This document shows, piece by piece, positions 43,335-52,572 of a DNA stretch of 64,000 nt; position 1 is the stretch's first letter, and each line of letters begins with the position of its first letter. The stretch comes from a virus. Position numbers and translations under genes: made by a program. Where the stretch lies: the IMG/VR virus record IMGVR_UViG_3300028800_000059, positions 1 to 64,000 of that record. One strand, given 5' to 3'. The notes beneath the pieces are model-generated. The model did not search any database and was not told the origin of the DNA. It saw only the letters and a list, made by a program, of their open reading frames with translations.

Positions 43335-44551
43335 TATTGCAACTCCGTTGTTTCGCCTTTTCGCATCAGATAGGCGTCATTGATACTCTTGACAATTACG
43401 CGATGATGATAACGATTCTTGCGCCCAGAAAGATGTTCGATGGCCGGCTTGATAACAATGCCTTCGCGAATATGAACATTAAATCCAATCTCGGTATTGC
43501 CGGAGGTATACATATCTAACACGATTTTGGAATATGGACCTGTATAAAGAACCGGAACACTAGGCAAATCAAAATATTTCAAATTTCCAAACAACGTCGC
43601 AAAATCCATGAAGGTGCCATTGGCGATTGTTTCGTCCCAACAGTAAATATCAAACACACGAAATTCTGGTTTGTCCAAATCATAATGTAGGTCCTGAATG
43701 CCGCGCCCGGCAATTTCGCCACATACAATGAATGAGCCGCCCATGAAATCACGTAAAAATTCTAATTTTTCCTTATGTTCTTTGAAGGCTCGCGTATAGA
43801 CGTTATCAGTCTTTTCCAGGTCAAACACGTAACCCTTGGCACCTAGACCCTTCGACGCAACGTACCAGCCCTTGTCAGGATGATAGCCAATCTGACAGAA
43901 GGTGCCGTGAAGTTTCTCGGTCATAACAACTTCCTCGCCTTCTTCAAAGGCGTCTGGCCAAGACTTGATATTGTCGATATCGTAATTCAACGTATAGCCA
44001 AAGAAATCGCCGCGAACAACTCCCTGCATAGAACCTGGAATTGGTGGTTCGTATTTCGTGATACCTAGAACTTCGGCAACATCATCGCCTTCTTCGACCA
44101 TCACGTCCTGAGTATATTCACCATTTCTGTCCTTTGTGAAAAAAGGATCACCTTCCAGAACTGACGTGGGCAAAGGAATGTTCTTGATCCAATTTTCTTC
44201 CCAAGACCCACCAGATTCAGAATGTTCCTCGGTGACAACTGGAACCAAGATGCCCTGTGAAACAACGCCACGAAGGCGGATGGCCTTGACGCGATTGTAT
44301 CCAGCGCCAGAAAGCATACCACGATTGGTTGACTCGTCCCAGAAACCCTGGCTTTTCAGAAGCCATTCCGGCACAAGTGAAGCTTCTGGAACATAGGCGA
44401 CAAGATCACCTACTTTATATCGTGGTGAACCATCTTCAAGTTTGCCAGAAATACAGGTCCATCCTCGTACAGTCACGAGAGAAAGCCTGTCGGCATTTGG
44501 ATGATTTTCTACCGCATCGACGCGGACGATTGGAACTTCAAAGTGAGACAT
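43334..44551 (-). CDS. RNA ligase, DRB0094/Rnl5 family
   Basis: HPNADRL, RVKAIRLRG.VSQG, TEKLHGT (motif I), GEI.G.GIQ, FDI, REG.VIK, KSI...YL. Confidence 0.85.
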   Translation of the reverse strand: MSHFEVPIVRVDAVENHPNADRLSLVTVRGWTCISGKLEDGSPRYKVGDLVAYVPEASLVPEWLLKSQGFWDESTNRGMLSGAGYNRVKAIRLRGVVSQGILVPVVTEEHSESGGSWEENWIKNIPLPTSVLEGDPFFTKDRNGEYTQDVMVEEGDDVAEVLGITKYEPPIPGSMQGVVRGDFFGYTLNYDIDNIKSWPDAFEEGEEVVMTEKLHGTFCQIGYHPDKGWYVASKGLGAKGYVFDLEKTDNVYTRAFKEHKEKLEFLRDFMGGSFIVCGEIAGRGIQDLHYDLDKPEFRVFDIYCWDETIANGTFMDFATLFGNLKYFDLPSVPVLYTGPYSKIVLDMYTSGNTEIGFNVHIREGIVIKPAIEHLSGRKNRYHHRVIVKSINDAYLMRKGETTELQ

Positions 44552-44855
44552 TATATTTTTTCCTACATGTAATATAAATGCTGGACGCTACCAGGCCCGC
44601 AACTAGAGTAAGTATCGTTAATCCTATTGTAGTTAAAACTCCACAGGCATAAAAAGAAGGTGTATCTTCGACTCTAAATTGATTTGGTGTATTCAACAAC
44701 CAAAGCACGAACATTCCAAGATAATAAAATCCCCATACACAATAAGAAATAAAGAATGTTCCTAGTGTCACCATTATACCAGGAATTGCGACATACCAAG
44801 GAAGTTTACCTACAAAACATAATTTCTTCAACATGAATATATCTCCCATTTTCAA
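44538..44855 (-). CDS. Membrane protein
   Basis: Hydrophobic helices. Confidence 0.5.
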   Translation of the reverse strand: MKMGDIFMLKKLCFVGKLPWYVAIPGIMVTLGTFFISYCVWGFYYLGMFVLWLLNTPNQFRVEDTPSFYACGVLTTIGLTILTLVAGLVASSIYITCRKKYNVSL

Positions 44856-44860
44856 AAAAT

Positions 44861-44935
44861 TGGCTCCAGGCTCAGGTTTCGAACCTGTCTCTCGAAATTC
44901 AGAGTTTCGCGTTCTACCGAATAAACTATCCTGGA
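44861..44935 (-). tRNA. tRNA-Gln(CTG)
   Basis: CGAAA-CTCTGAA-TTTCG; CCA. Confidence 0.85.
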
Positions 44936-44958
44936 ATAAAAATATTTAGACTGTCGGA

Positions 44959-45216
44959 TCAAATCAAATCAGGATCGTTTTCTGGTCCGATTTTCATTCT
45001 GAAACCTGGACCTCCACGAGCCGCCATATCAACAAACATCTTAAATTTGTCGAAGGCGTTTTTTAAACCAAATTCTTTATCCACGCCTTCCATCAACACA
45101 AACTGAAATCCTGCCGGCACGGAATAAAAATATGTCGAATCATCTGGACGAACTCTGGAAAAAAGCGTCCAGGTTCCTAGAGTTTCAATATTTGTGTCGG
45201 TGTTTGTTTCAGTCAT
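44959..45216 (-). CDS. Hypothetical protein
   Basis: ORF track; AAGGAG RBS. Confidence 0.55.
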   Translation of the reverse strand: MTETNTDTNIETLGTWTLFSRVRPDDSTYFYSVPAGFQFVLMEGVDKEFGLKNAFDKFKMFVDMAARGGPGFRMKIGPENDPDLI

Positions 45217-45237
45217 TTTTTTCTCCTTGTTAAAAAC

Positions 45238-45327
45238 TGGTGCCTTGAGGAGGACTTGCGCCTCTCGTCTACTACCCCATTTGTTTAATGACAGCGGAGT
45301 TACAGGCCGCCAACGGGAACTCTCGGC
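45238..45327 (-). tRNA. tRNA-Tyr(GTA), divergent
   Basis: Loop CTGTAAC; long variable arm; weak D-arm and acceptor stem; T-loop GCGCAAG. Confidence 0.65.
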
Positions 45328-45671
45328 ATTTTAGTGAATCGGAACAACAGAATATGTTGCAGTACCTAACACAAGCAATGTCAATGCAGCACCTAAAATC
45401 ATACCAATAAACACGGCAATCAACACATGTAATTTAGTAAACATTAATTCTGCCTTTTCAAAAAATAGGATGTGAAGTCCACACTCGGCAACAATTTGCC
45501 CAGGTACATAATACAGTTCCTAATAGTATCATAGTCCAGAATAATATCCAAATGATTTTTTTGAACATGATGAATTTGGCGGAAAGTTGTGTTCCTGCCA
45601 CACACTCCTTTTTCAGGAGCCATTCGTTTAGCAAACGATGATGGGGCCTCGCCCACTTAACTTTCCAATAA

Positions 45672-45761
45672 TGGCGGGCAGCCGAGGTATCGATCCCCAA
45701 ACCTTTTTCAGATTCCAGCCGCTTTCGAGGCGGTGGCTTGCGCCAGCAAACTTGACTACCC
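45672..45761 (-). tRNA. tRNA-Ser(CGA)
   Basis: CCGC-CTCGAAA-GCGG; long variable arm; G73. Confidence 0.8.
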
Positions 45762-45770
45762 TTAAAAAAA

Positions 45771-45858
45771 TGGCGGAGTTCGGAGGTCTTGATCCCCAAT
45801 CGATTTCTCGGTCGTTGCGCTTTCCAGGCGAACCTGATCCCTGACCAGTTCAAACTCC
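45771..45858 (-). tRNA. tRNA-Ser(GGA)
   Basis: Loop CTGGAAA; long variable arm; G73. Confidence 0.8.
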
Positions 45859-45875
45859 TAAATTCTATTTTCTAT

Positions 45876-46082
45876 TTAGTACCAAAATCTTCTATATTCC
45901 CAGGCCCAATAATCATGATCCCAACAATCATTTTTAAACCATCTTCTTTCAACCCATTCAAACCAACGACAATCATGATAGCCTAGACGAACAGGATACC
46001 AGGCAAACCATCGATGCCATTCCTGTGAGGCCAGATATTTTTTATATCGCCAATCACTGAATTTATCACAATTGAATCTCAT
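45876..46082 (-). CDS. Trp-rich small phage protein
   Basis: WHRWFAWYPV...WFEWVERR; paralogue at 56594. Confidence 0.6.
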   Translation of the reverse strand: MRFNCDKFSDWRYKKYLASQEWHRWFAWYPVRLGYHDCRWFEWVERRWFKNDCWDHDYWAWEYRRFWY

Positions 46083-46248
46083 ACTCCATAATCCTCTGTC
46101 GAATCATGAAATTCCTTCTCGGACATTTCTCGACACGAAATTATCCTCTTGCTGATTTCCTCGTTAATCAACTGACGAATTTGTTCCCAAAGTGCCGGAG
46201 ACATACTTGTTGCATAATCATTAGAAGCTGTCGGTGCGCCACTATCCA

Positions 46249-46782
46249 TTATAATCCCGGCGTCAAAAGTCTGTTGATAATCTTGGCAGCATCTTCCAAA
46301 TTATCTACTCGGTGCGAAGCCTGTCCACGAATAAAGGCGTGGTCATTTGGATTGCCTTCTTTTTCCATGATAATCACAATAGGCTTTTGCAGCAACCAAG
46401 CCCATGAAACTTCCCCACCCATTCCAATTGATCGTGCCTTGGCTCCAAGATAATTCATGACAAGAGCATCGGATTGTTTCACGTCATTGAAGTCCTGGCG
46501 AACAATGCCATCGTCCGTCGTCATAGGATTGTCGTCATAACACTTGGTCGTAATTACCATTCCATTATTCACTTCGCCGTCGTCATATCCGCGCAATGGT
46601 GAATAGGCGTGAATATGTGGCAGAAGCAATTTCTTGAAACCTGGCTGCCACGACCAACGAGCCTGTTCAATTGTCAGGTCTGTAATTATGGTACCTAGAT
46701 AGATTTGTCTAGGTAGATAAGTTTGTCTGACAAAATCACCATATTGGATGCTTCTAAAATCATCATGATCATTAATATGCAT
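46249..46782 (-). CDS. Nucleoside 2-deoxyribosyltransferase-like protein
   Basis: YSPLRG...D..DV..SD.LV.N...SIG...EV..A....KPIV; start MHIND. Confidence 0.7.
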   Translation of the reverse strand: MHINDHDDFRSIQYGDFVRQTYLPRQIYLGTIITDLTIEQARWSWQPGFKKLLLPHIHAYSPLRGYDDGEVNNGMVITTKCYDDNPMTTDDGIVRQDFNDVKQSDALVMNYLGAKARSIGMGGEVSWAWLLQKPIVIIMEKEGNPNDHAFIRGQASHRVDNLEDAAKIINRLLTPGL

Positions 46783-46783
46783 T

Positions 46784-47020
46784 TTAATACACATCTCCAT
46801 TCTCTTGAATTTTTGTGTCTTCATAAGGCGCGGCTACACGGCGATAAAATTCCTGTTTGGCGCCTTCAAGAGCGCCAACAATATCATTGATCGTTTGATA
46901 TTTTAATCCTTTGACTTTCAAATATTCCAGACATTTCATTGTTAGGTGATAATTCAAATCACCTGCCTCACTGGCAAATCCAATAGGAAGTCCTCTTCGT
47001 TCCTCTTTCACATATGGCAT
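46784..47020 (-). CDS. DUF6899-like conserved phage protein
   Basis: MPYVK..R...GDLNY.LT...Y..IN...GALE.AK.EFYRR..APYED.KI.ENGDVY. Confidence 0.7.
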   Translation of the reverse strand: MPYVKEERRGLPIGFASEAGDLNYHLTMKCLEYLKVKGLKYQTINDIVGALEGAKQEFYRRVAAPYEDTKIQENGDVY

Positions 47021-47023
47021 ATT

Positions 47024-47278
47024 TTAATTCTCCAAAGCTTTTATGTGTGGCATGTCCACTTCTTTAATTTTGTATTGAAATTTACAAACAGTAACGTTTT
47101 GGGATTTAAAATGCCTAATCAAAGCTGAGGCCATTTCACAACCACCATTAACATCGGAAGTATCATATTTGAAAACTACATATTTCTTGGTATGTTTGAA
47201 GAACCAACCTGTCGGTAAAGGTGCAGGTCCTGCACCTTCTATACGACTGACCCAGATTTTGAACTGAAAATATTGCAT
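47024..47278 (-). CDS. Hypothetical protein
   Basis: ORF track. Confidence 0.5.
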   Translation of the reverse strand: MQYFQFKIWVSRIEGAGPAPLPTGWFFKHTKKYVVFKYDTSDVNGGCEMASALIRHFKSQNVTVCKFQYKIKEVDMPHIKALEN

Positions 47279-47318
47279 ATTCCTTCAATTATAAAGAATG
47301 ACGGCGGCAATGTCAAGA

Positions 47319-47393
47319 TGGTAGTCCCTGTTGGGATCGAACCAACTACCTCCACCGTGTCGAGGTGGCATTCTACCGGTGAACTAAGGGACT
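47319..47393 (-). tRNA. tRNA-Val(GAC)
   Basis: CCACC-TCGACAC-GGTGG; CCA. Confidence 0.85.
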
Positions 47394-47665
47394 TCGTTTG
47401 CAATCCTCAGAAGTGTTTCGCCATGGCAACGTTTCGGATGACACCAACAAACAAGGTCTTTGCCGGCAAGGTCTTTCTTGGCTTTTTTTATGACGCCTGG
47501 AAAATGTTTAATCCAGTTTTCAAATTGATCGCATACCATATTTCGTTCATTCTCATTTTCCATTTTGAACATATTTCCCCAAAATGTGGTCCGATCAATC
47601 AGAACGGCATCCTTAGGAATATTCTTATCAATTCGTTTGTTATAGAGACGTGGGAACAGAGACAT
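47384..47665 (-). CDS. DUF4326 domain protein
   Basis: IDR...WGN.F...R..VC..FE...L.GKDLVCWCHPKRCHGE.L...AN. Confidence 0.8.
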   Translation of the reverse strand: MSLFPRLYNKRIDKNIPKDAVLIDRTTFWGNMFKMENENERNMVCDQFENWIKHFPGVIKKAKKDLAGKDLVCWCHPKRCHGETLLRIANEVP

Positions 47666-47872
47666 TTTTCTTTCCTTTATTCCAAGGAATAATTTTCTTT
47701 AATTTCTCTAAGGTTTCGACCGAATACACTCCAGTTTTTCCTTTATTCCAAGGCGTGCGTCCTTTCATTTTTTTAGAATGAGATATCCGTCGGCAAGATC
47801 GTTTGTTTTATGAGACCCAACATAAACCTTGCCATTCTTTACGTTGGTCGTTTTATAGATGATAAAATACAT
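47660..47872 (-). pseudogene. Collapsed GIY-YIG (Seg-like) homing endonuclease
   Basis: MYFIIYKTTNVKNGKVYVGSHKT..L.DGYL then a stop; two PWNKG NUMOD remnants (17-bp direct repeat 47671-47687/47737-47753). Confidence 0.7.
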
Positions 47873-48056
47873 GCGAAAATTTCCTGCATGTATTTAGTCA
47901 CCTCTATGTACCCAATGACGGTACTTCCCCGCCTTCTCCGCCATGTAAGGGCGGCGTCTTAATTTCTGAACCCATCGGGCTTTATTCCAATTGGTAGACC
48001 GTGGGAATTCTGCCATCCCGACTTCCAAATTAAGAGTTTGGCACTCTGCTTCTGAG

Positions 48057-48413
48057 TTAACGGTCCTTATTTCTTTTATTTGCGTCACTTCGATATTTTT
48101 TTATTTCCAATTCAATATTGGGATCAAATCGTTTATAATTTTTTGGTATAGTGACCAAACCCGCATGATATTCTATATGACAATTGAAACACAATAAAAC
48201 ACATTTTTTAATTTCTTCGGAAACCCTTTCCCAACTCATGGTATTGGAAGTTCCTAAGGCAAACTTCTTTTGTTTAGGATCAATATGATGAAAAGTTAAT
48301 GCTTCAATGCTTTTATCATATCCACATATTTGACAACAATCGCCCATGGCTCTCACCATTCTTGATTTTTGTCGTTTTCTAAAACTTCTTACCCTACCAG
48401 AATTTATAGACAT
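48057..48413 (-). CDS. HNH homing endonuclease
   Basis: C.ICGY...ALTFHHIDP..K.F...W...E..KC.LLC.NCH.E.H. Confidence 0.8.
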   Translation of the reverse strand: MSINSGRVRSFRKRQKSRMVRAMGDCCQICGYDKSIEALTFHHIDPKQKKFALGTSNTMSWERVSEEIKKCVLLCFNCHIEYHAGLVTIPKNYKRFDPNIELEIKKYRSDANKRNKDR

Positions 48414-48454
48414 TGCTAAATTAACCTCTAAGGTTATTTAGCAATGTTTAGGCT

Positions 48455-48733
48455 TTATTCCTGCAAAAGCTTGATCTTCTTTTCCTTCTTGGCCTTCTTA
48501 TTGGCCTTGCGAGTCTTTTCATATTTTTCAAAGGCAGCATCAATCATTTTCTGCATTTGCTTTAGAAGTTCTTTCTTGTCGTCGGTGCTGCAATCCGGTT
48601 CACCATTGACCTTATCGAGCACTTTGGCGGCATCGATAAGTTTTTTATAATCCCTCCAATCTGGATAGGTATATTCTTTTAATGGCCAGTGTTCATCGAA
48701 AGGTCTCTGTATCATTGCACTCATTACACACAT
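48455..48733 (-). CDS. Hypothetical protein
   Basis: MC..S...L...A...D...G.PDC...K phage motif. Confidence 0.55.
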   Translation of the reverse strand: MCVMSAMIQRPFDEHWPLKEYTYPDWRDYKKLIDAAKVLDKVNGEPDCSTDDKKELLKQMQKMIDAAFEKYEKTRKANKKAKKEKKIKLLQE

Positions 48734-48755
48734 CTATTTTTCTCCCTTAAAAAAT

Positions 48756-48830
48756 TGGTAGGCCGTGAGAATTTCGAAATCTCGACACCGGGGTTAAAAG
48801 TCCCGCGCTCTGCCTCTGAGCTAACGGCCT
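48756..48830 (-). tRNA. tRNA-Lys(TTT)
   Basis: CGGGA-CTTTTAA-CCCCG; CCA. Confidence 0.9.
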
Positions 48831-48836
48831 ATGTTT

Positions 48837-49652
48837 TTAAATCTCAATCACCATTCCAGGATTAAACTTTAGATTTTCCTGGTAGTGGGCATATCCTCTA
48901 GGGTTACAAATTACCCGCGTTGTATTTATCATATAATCGTAATTATCATGGGTGTGACCATGAAACCACAACTTTACATTTGGACTCATCAAAGACTCTA
49001 AATTCGAAGAATACGCTCCATTTGTAATAAATTCAGTTTTGAATCTTGGATGCGTCGATTGCTTCGAAGGCGACATATGAGTAAACACGATCACTTTAAG
49101 CTGTGCAAATTCCTTGATTTTTTCTTCCAACCAAGCCCGTGAAGTCTTGTGAAGTTCATAGGCATCTTCTGGCTGGAAAGTTTTCCCTGGAACACTCTGC
49201 ATAATCTGGTAGTCATTTAGTTCATATTTGATTTGATGTAATGTGGTTGGATCGCCTTCATTGAAATCAGTCCATAACGTTGCACCAAGAAATACATACT
49301 CAGGAAATTTTCCAATCCATAGATGTTCATTTTCCATGATACGAACATTAGGATAATCCTTTAGAAATTCGCTGATGTTAGGTCTTGCATCGCGAACATT
49401 ATATCCATAGGCTTCATGATTACCAAAACAATACAGGATGTTTTCATATTTCTTGCTGGCGGCATCAAAAAATGCCGCAACATTCTTTTTATGGGCGCGA
49501 GATTCCTTATCGGTACGCGCCTCACTCAAATATTTGGCAACGCAAATATCTCCAGGCAAAAGCAACACGTCGGCATCTGGAAGTCCCTTGATTAATTCAT
49601 CAATTCCACCTGGAAATTCCAAATGTAAATCTGACATTTCTGCAATTCGCAT
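48837..49652 (-). CDS. Calcineurin-like metallophosphoesterase
   Basis: SDLHLE, L.GDI, GNHE.Y, TLWTDF, THM.PS, W.HGHTH, CNPRGY. Confidence 0.85.
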   Translation of the reverse strand: MRIAEMSDLHLEFPGGIDELIKGLPDADVLLLPGDICVAKYLSEARTDKESRAHKKNVAAFFDAASKKYENILYCFGNHEAYGYNVRDARPNISEFLKDYPNVRIMENEHLWIGKFPEYVFLGATLWTDFNEGDPTTLHQIKYELNDYQIMQSVPGKTFQPEDAYELHKTSRAWLEEKIKEFAQLKVIVFTHMSPSKQSTHPRFKTEFITNGAYSSNLESLMSPNVKLWFHGHTHDNYDYMINTTRVICNPRGYAHYQENLKFNPGMVIEI

Positions 49653-49806
49653 ATCAACTCCTAACTTCATTGTATTCTCATGATTTCTTCCAATTAGCAA
49701 CAAAACAAGACATTTTTTTCAAATCAGGTCCTAATGCAATCGCTGCCAATAAAAATGCCTGATACAGCTTTGTTTCTAGTTCTTTCATTTGTTATCCTTC
49801 AAAAAA

Positions 49807-49881
49807 TGGCGATCTATCCGGGAGTTGAACCCGGCTTTTCCGCTAGACAGGCGGGCGTAATAGCCGATATACCAATAGACC
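49807..49881 (-). tRNA. tRNA-Asp(GTC)
   Basis: CCGC-CTGTCTA-GCGG; G73. Confidence 0.85.
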
Positions 49882-49918
49882 ATTCTATCACAAAATCACA
49901 ATCAATCCAAGCAAAAAA

Positions 49919-49993
49919 TGGTGCCGTGGTGTGGTGCTGCCCCACAATCTGGCCCTTACCAAAGGCCCGTTTTACTGTTGATACTACCTCGGC
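49919..49993 (-). tRNA. tRNA-Thr(GGT)
   Basis: GGCCT-TTGGTAA-GGGCC; T-loop GGCAGCA. Confidence 0.8.
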
Positions 49994-49998
49994 AAATT

Positions 49999-50072
49999 TG
50001 GTGCCAGAGCAAGGAATTGAACCCTGATAAGTTGATTACGAATCAACCGTAATGCCTTTATACGACACTGGC
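49999..50072 (-). tRNA. tRNA-Thr(CGT)
   Basis: GTTGA-TTCGTAA-TCAAC. Confidence 0.85.
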
Positions 50073-50139
50073 AATTATATCTTCCTGGCGTCGAGAGTTT
50101 CCCGCATATGTCCCCGTAGCGACAACACCAGTAGGATTT

Positions 50140-50214
50140 TGGGGTGAATGGAGAATTACGATATCTCGATTAGACCTTCACAGGGTCGCGTGTTTCCTCT
50201 ACACTACATTCACC
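50140..50214 (-). tRNA. tRNA-His(GTG) with G-1:C73
   Basis: GACC-CTGTGAA-GGTC; extra 5' G opposite C73. Confidence 0.85.
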
Positions 50215-50225
50215 ATAATCTCTTT

Positions 50226-50303
50226 TGGTCCCTCTGATTGGACTTGCACCAATCTTTTTAGCCTTATGAGGGCTCGACACACCTATCTCTGTCTCACAGA
50301 GGA
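50226..50303 (-). tRNA. tRNA(CAT), Met or Ile2
   Basis: AGCC-CTCATAA-GGCT; T-loop TGCAAGT. Confidence 0.75.
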
Positions 50304-50549
50304 TCGCCAACTTTCAATTCCCATTTTATAAATCAATCTATTTTTAATTGCTCTTTTTTGTTTTTTTATGACACTCTTTACATTTCATGGTCTATCCAGC
50401 GTAAAAAATTTGAAACACACCTATTAGATATGTTTCGACAGTGGGGGCTATCATAGTCACTGAATCACCCTGCCAACGGCTTGGCGCCTTCATCCAAAAA
50501 TCTGACGAAGATTTTTGTCCAGCATTGAACAAGTCCCGTCCCTCATAAA

Positions 50550-50625
50550 TGGTGCCGCCTCAACGGATCGAACGTCATTCTCCGCGTCTTCAGCGCGGCG
50601 TGAGAACCATCTTCACCAAAGCGGC
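50550..50625 (-). tRNA. tRNA-Phe(GAA)
   Basis: CCGCG-CTGAAGA-CGCGG. Confidence 0.85.
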
Positions 50626-50720
50626 ATTATTTTTTCAATAATTTAACAACCTGATAGATTGTAATACAAACTATCAAAACAATTACAGGCACATATTGCA
50701 TAATTTTTCTCCTCTAAAAA

Positions 50721-50802
50721 TGGTGCCCTAGGAGGGACTTGAACCCCCATGCTTTCGCGCTTGCTCCTAAGGCAAGTGTGTCTGCCATTTCACCACCAGG
50801 GC
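50721..50802 (-). tRNA. tRNA-Leu(TAG)
   Basis: TTGC-CTTAGGA-GCAA; variable arm. Confidence 0.9.
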
Positions 50803-50808
50803 TTATTT

Positions 50809-50895
50809 TGGTGTCTCTGGAGGGAATTGAACCCCCACCCCGATTAAGGGAGCAGATTTTGAGTCTGCCGCGTCTGCCTGTTTCGCCACAAAGAC
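50809..50895 (-). tRNA. tRNA-Leu(CAA)
   Basis: GCAGA-CTCAAAA-TCTGC; variable arm. Confidence 0.9.
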
Positions 50896-50896
50896 C

Positions 50897-51181
50897 TTAT
50901 AGTGTTCCTCTTGATCCAAGACCACAAGGACAATTCGAATTTGAACAATAATACCACATGGCCGCAGCCAGTTTCAATCCACACTTAGGACACTTACCAA
51001 AATCTCTCTCTTTTAGTATATAGTCCTCATCGTTCAAATTTGGGCATCCTTCATCCACCATTCTTTCTTCATAATCACCAGGTCTAGGAAAAAAATGATT
51101 ATAGACTACCTGATGTAAACTTGGAACATCTTCAAAATTTCTATATTGTTTCATTATTTCCTTCCTCTCGGATTTTCCCAA
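50897..51181 (-). CDS. Hypothetical protein with C-terminal zinc ribbon
   Basis: CPKCG...YYCSN.NCPCGLG. Confidence 0.55.
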   Translation of the reverse strand: MGKSERKEIMKQYRNFEDVPSLHQVVYNHFFPRPGDYEERMVDEGCPNLNDEDYILKERDFGKCPKCGLKLAAAMWYYCSNSNCPCGLGSRGTL

Positions 51182-51378
51182 ATATTTTCTGGATTTCTGT
51201 TTCGTAATTTATCGGCAATGAACCAAACCCAAAGAAAAATTACAATCAAGCCTCCTTCGATATGAGTGGATTTATCCCAGAAAAGGAAAAACCCAGCGCC
51301 GAGAGAGAAAAAGATTTTTTCCCATTTGTGCGGTCTCTCCCAAATCCACGTCAACCAATCATCAAAACTATCTTTCAT
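51154..51378 (-). CDS. Small membrane protein
   Basis: Two TM segments. Confidence 0.5.
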   Translation of the reverse strand: MKDSFDDWLTWIWERPHKWEKIFFSLGAGFFLFWDKSTHIEGGLIVIFLWVWFIADKLRNRNPENIWENPRGRK

Positions 51379-51762
51379 TTATTTTCCCTTATGTGCCTCA
51401 CAACGAGTTCTCCACCAACCTTTTTCTTCGGTATTGGTACCTGGTGAACCACAAATTTCACAAATTTTGCCGCTTAATAATTCGGCCATTCTTATATAGC
51501 CATTCATTTCATCAGTAGAAAAGGAATCTAAATAAAATCTCAAACATCCAAATTTTTCTTTTACTTGAAATGCCGCAGGTTGCTTTGCCTTATTCCATTT
51601 AACATCGTTTTGAATAGCAAAACAAAGGCTATCAATTATATCATACCAACCATCGCCACAACTAAAACCCCAACACATAGCCGTTTGATTCTCTGGCGCA
51701 TGACGATCCTTGAAAATTTCAGGATAGTCGGCACAAAGTTTATCATCAAGTTCTTTTCTCAT
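51379..51762 (-). CDS. Conserved phage hypothetical protein
   Basis: CGDGW...QVKEKFG.LRFY...CE.CG.PG...W.RTRC..H. Confidence 0.7.
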   Translation of the reverse strand: MRKELDDKLCADYPEIFKDRHAPENQTAMCWGFSCGDGWYDIIDSLCFAIQNDVKWNKAKQPAAFQVKEKFGCLRFYLDSFSTDEMNGYIRMAELLSGKICEICGSPGTNTEEKGWWRTRCEAHKGK

Positions 51763-51781
51763 AAATCACTCCTTTAAAAAA

Positions 51782-51855
51782 TGGTGCGCCAGCATGGTTC
51801 TGCCCCACGGTTCCACGGTTATCGGCCGCGTTTCCTGCTATTGGAAGACAAGCGC
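51782..51855 (-). tRNA. tRNA-Ile(GAT)
   Basis: GCGG-CCGATAA-CCGT; T-loop GGCAGAA. Confidence 0.8.
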
Positions 51856-52029
51856 ATTTAATCCTGAAAGAAAATCGTTTTTGGCCTTTACACAAACCGG
51901 ACAATTATTACTCTTATCATGCGGACATTCGATCTTCCGAGCCAAAAATTCTTTTCGTTTGCTCTTGTAATAGTCAAGCGATTGACTAGGAAATGTCTGA
52001 TAACTAAACATATTTATCTCCTTGGTAAC

Positions 52030-52072
52030 AAAAAACGCAAGACGTTCATTCAAAAACAATCTTGCGTTTTTT
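52030..52072. terminator. Stem-loop terminator candidate
   Basis: AAAAAACGCAAGA...TCTTGCGTTTTTT. Confidence 0.5.
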
Positions 52073-52092
52073 CGCCATGCAAGATCGTATTT

Positions 52093-52569
52093 TTACTCGG
52101 CCTTATGATCCTCAATTGTCACAGACTGTAATGTCCATGCTTCATTAACGCCCTTTGGCTTTACGAAAGTCAGTTTCAAAGTTGAATTAACTTCAACCCC
52201 ACCATGCTGAGGCATCCTTGCTAGTTCGGCTTTGGAATCCCAAAGGCTTTTACCAACATGAATGCCATTAACATAGTCATTATAGACATTCAAATAACCG
52301 ACTTTGGTTTCGACTGGGCGAACCAAGGCATATTCATCGTCATTCTTAGTGTATCCCTGGGAACTCAAATCATAATTATTAGATGGATTTCCATCATAAT
52401 CAACCCAGGAAACAAACTCAGGAACTCCAACACGCAACGAATATTGCGGCTTCACATTATAACGAATCATCAGAAGATCGGAATTAGCCGAGCCTCCCAT
52501 TACCTTGGCGTCATAATATCCACCTTTGGTTTCATAAACTTCACCAGTCTTAAATACGCTCTTACTCAT
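52093..52569 (-). CDS. Hypothetical protein
   Basis: FKTGEVYETKGG N-terminus like 4684-4890. Confidence 0.55.
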   Translation of the reverse strand: MSKSVFKTGEVYETKGGYYDAKVMGGSANSDLLMIRYNVKPQYSLRVGVPEFVSWVDYDGNPSNNYDLSSQGYTKNDDEYALVRPVETKVGYLNVYNDYVNGIHVGKSLWDSKAELARMPQHGGVEVNSTLKLTFVKPKGVNEAWTLQSVTIEDHKAE

Positions 52570-52572
52570 TGT

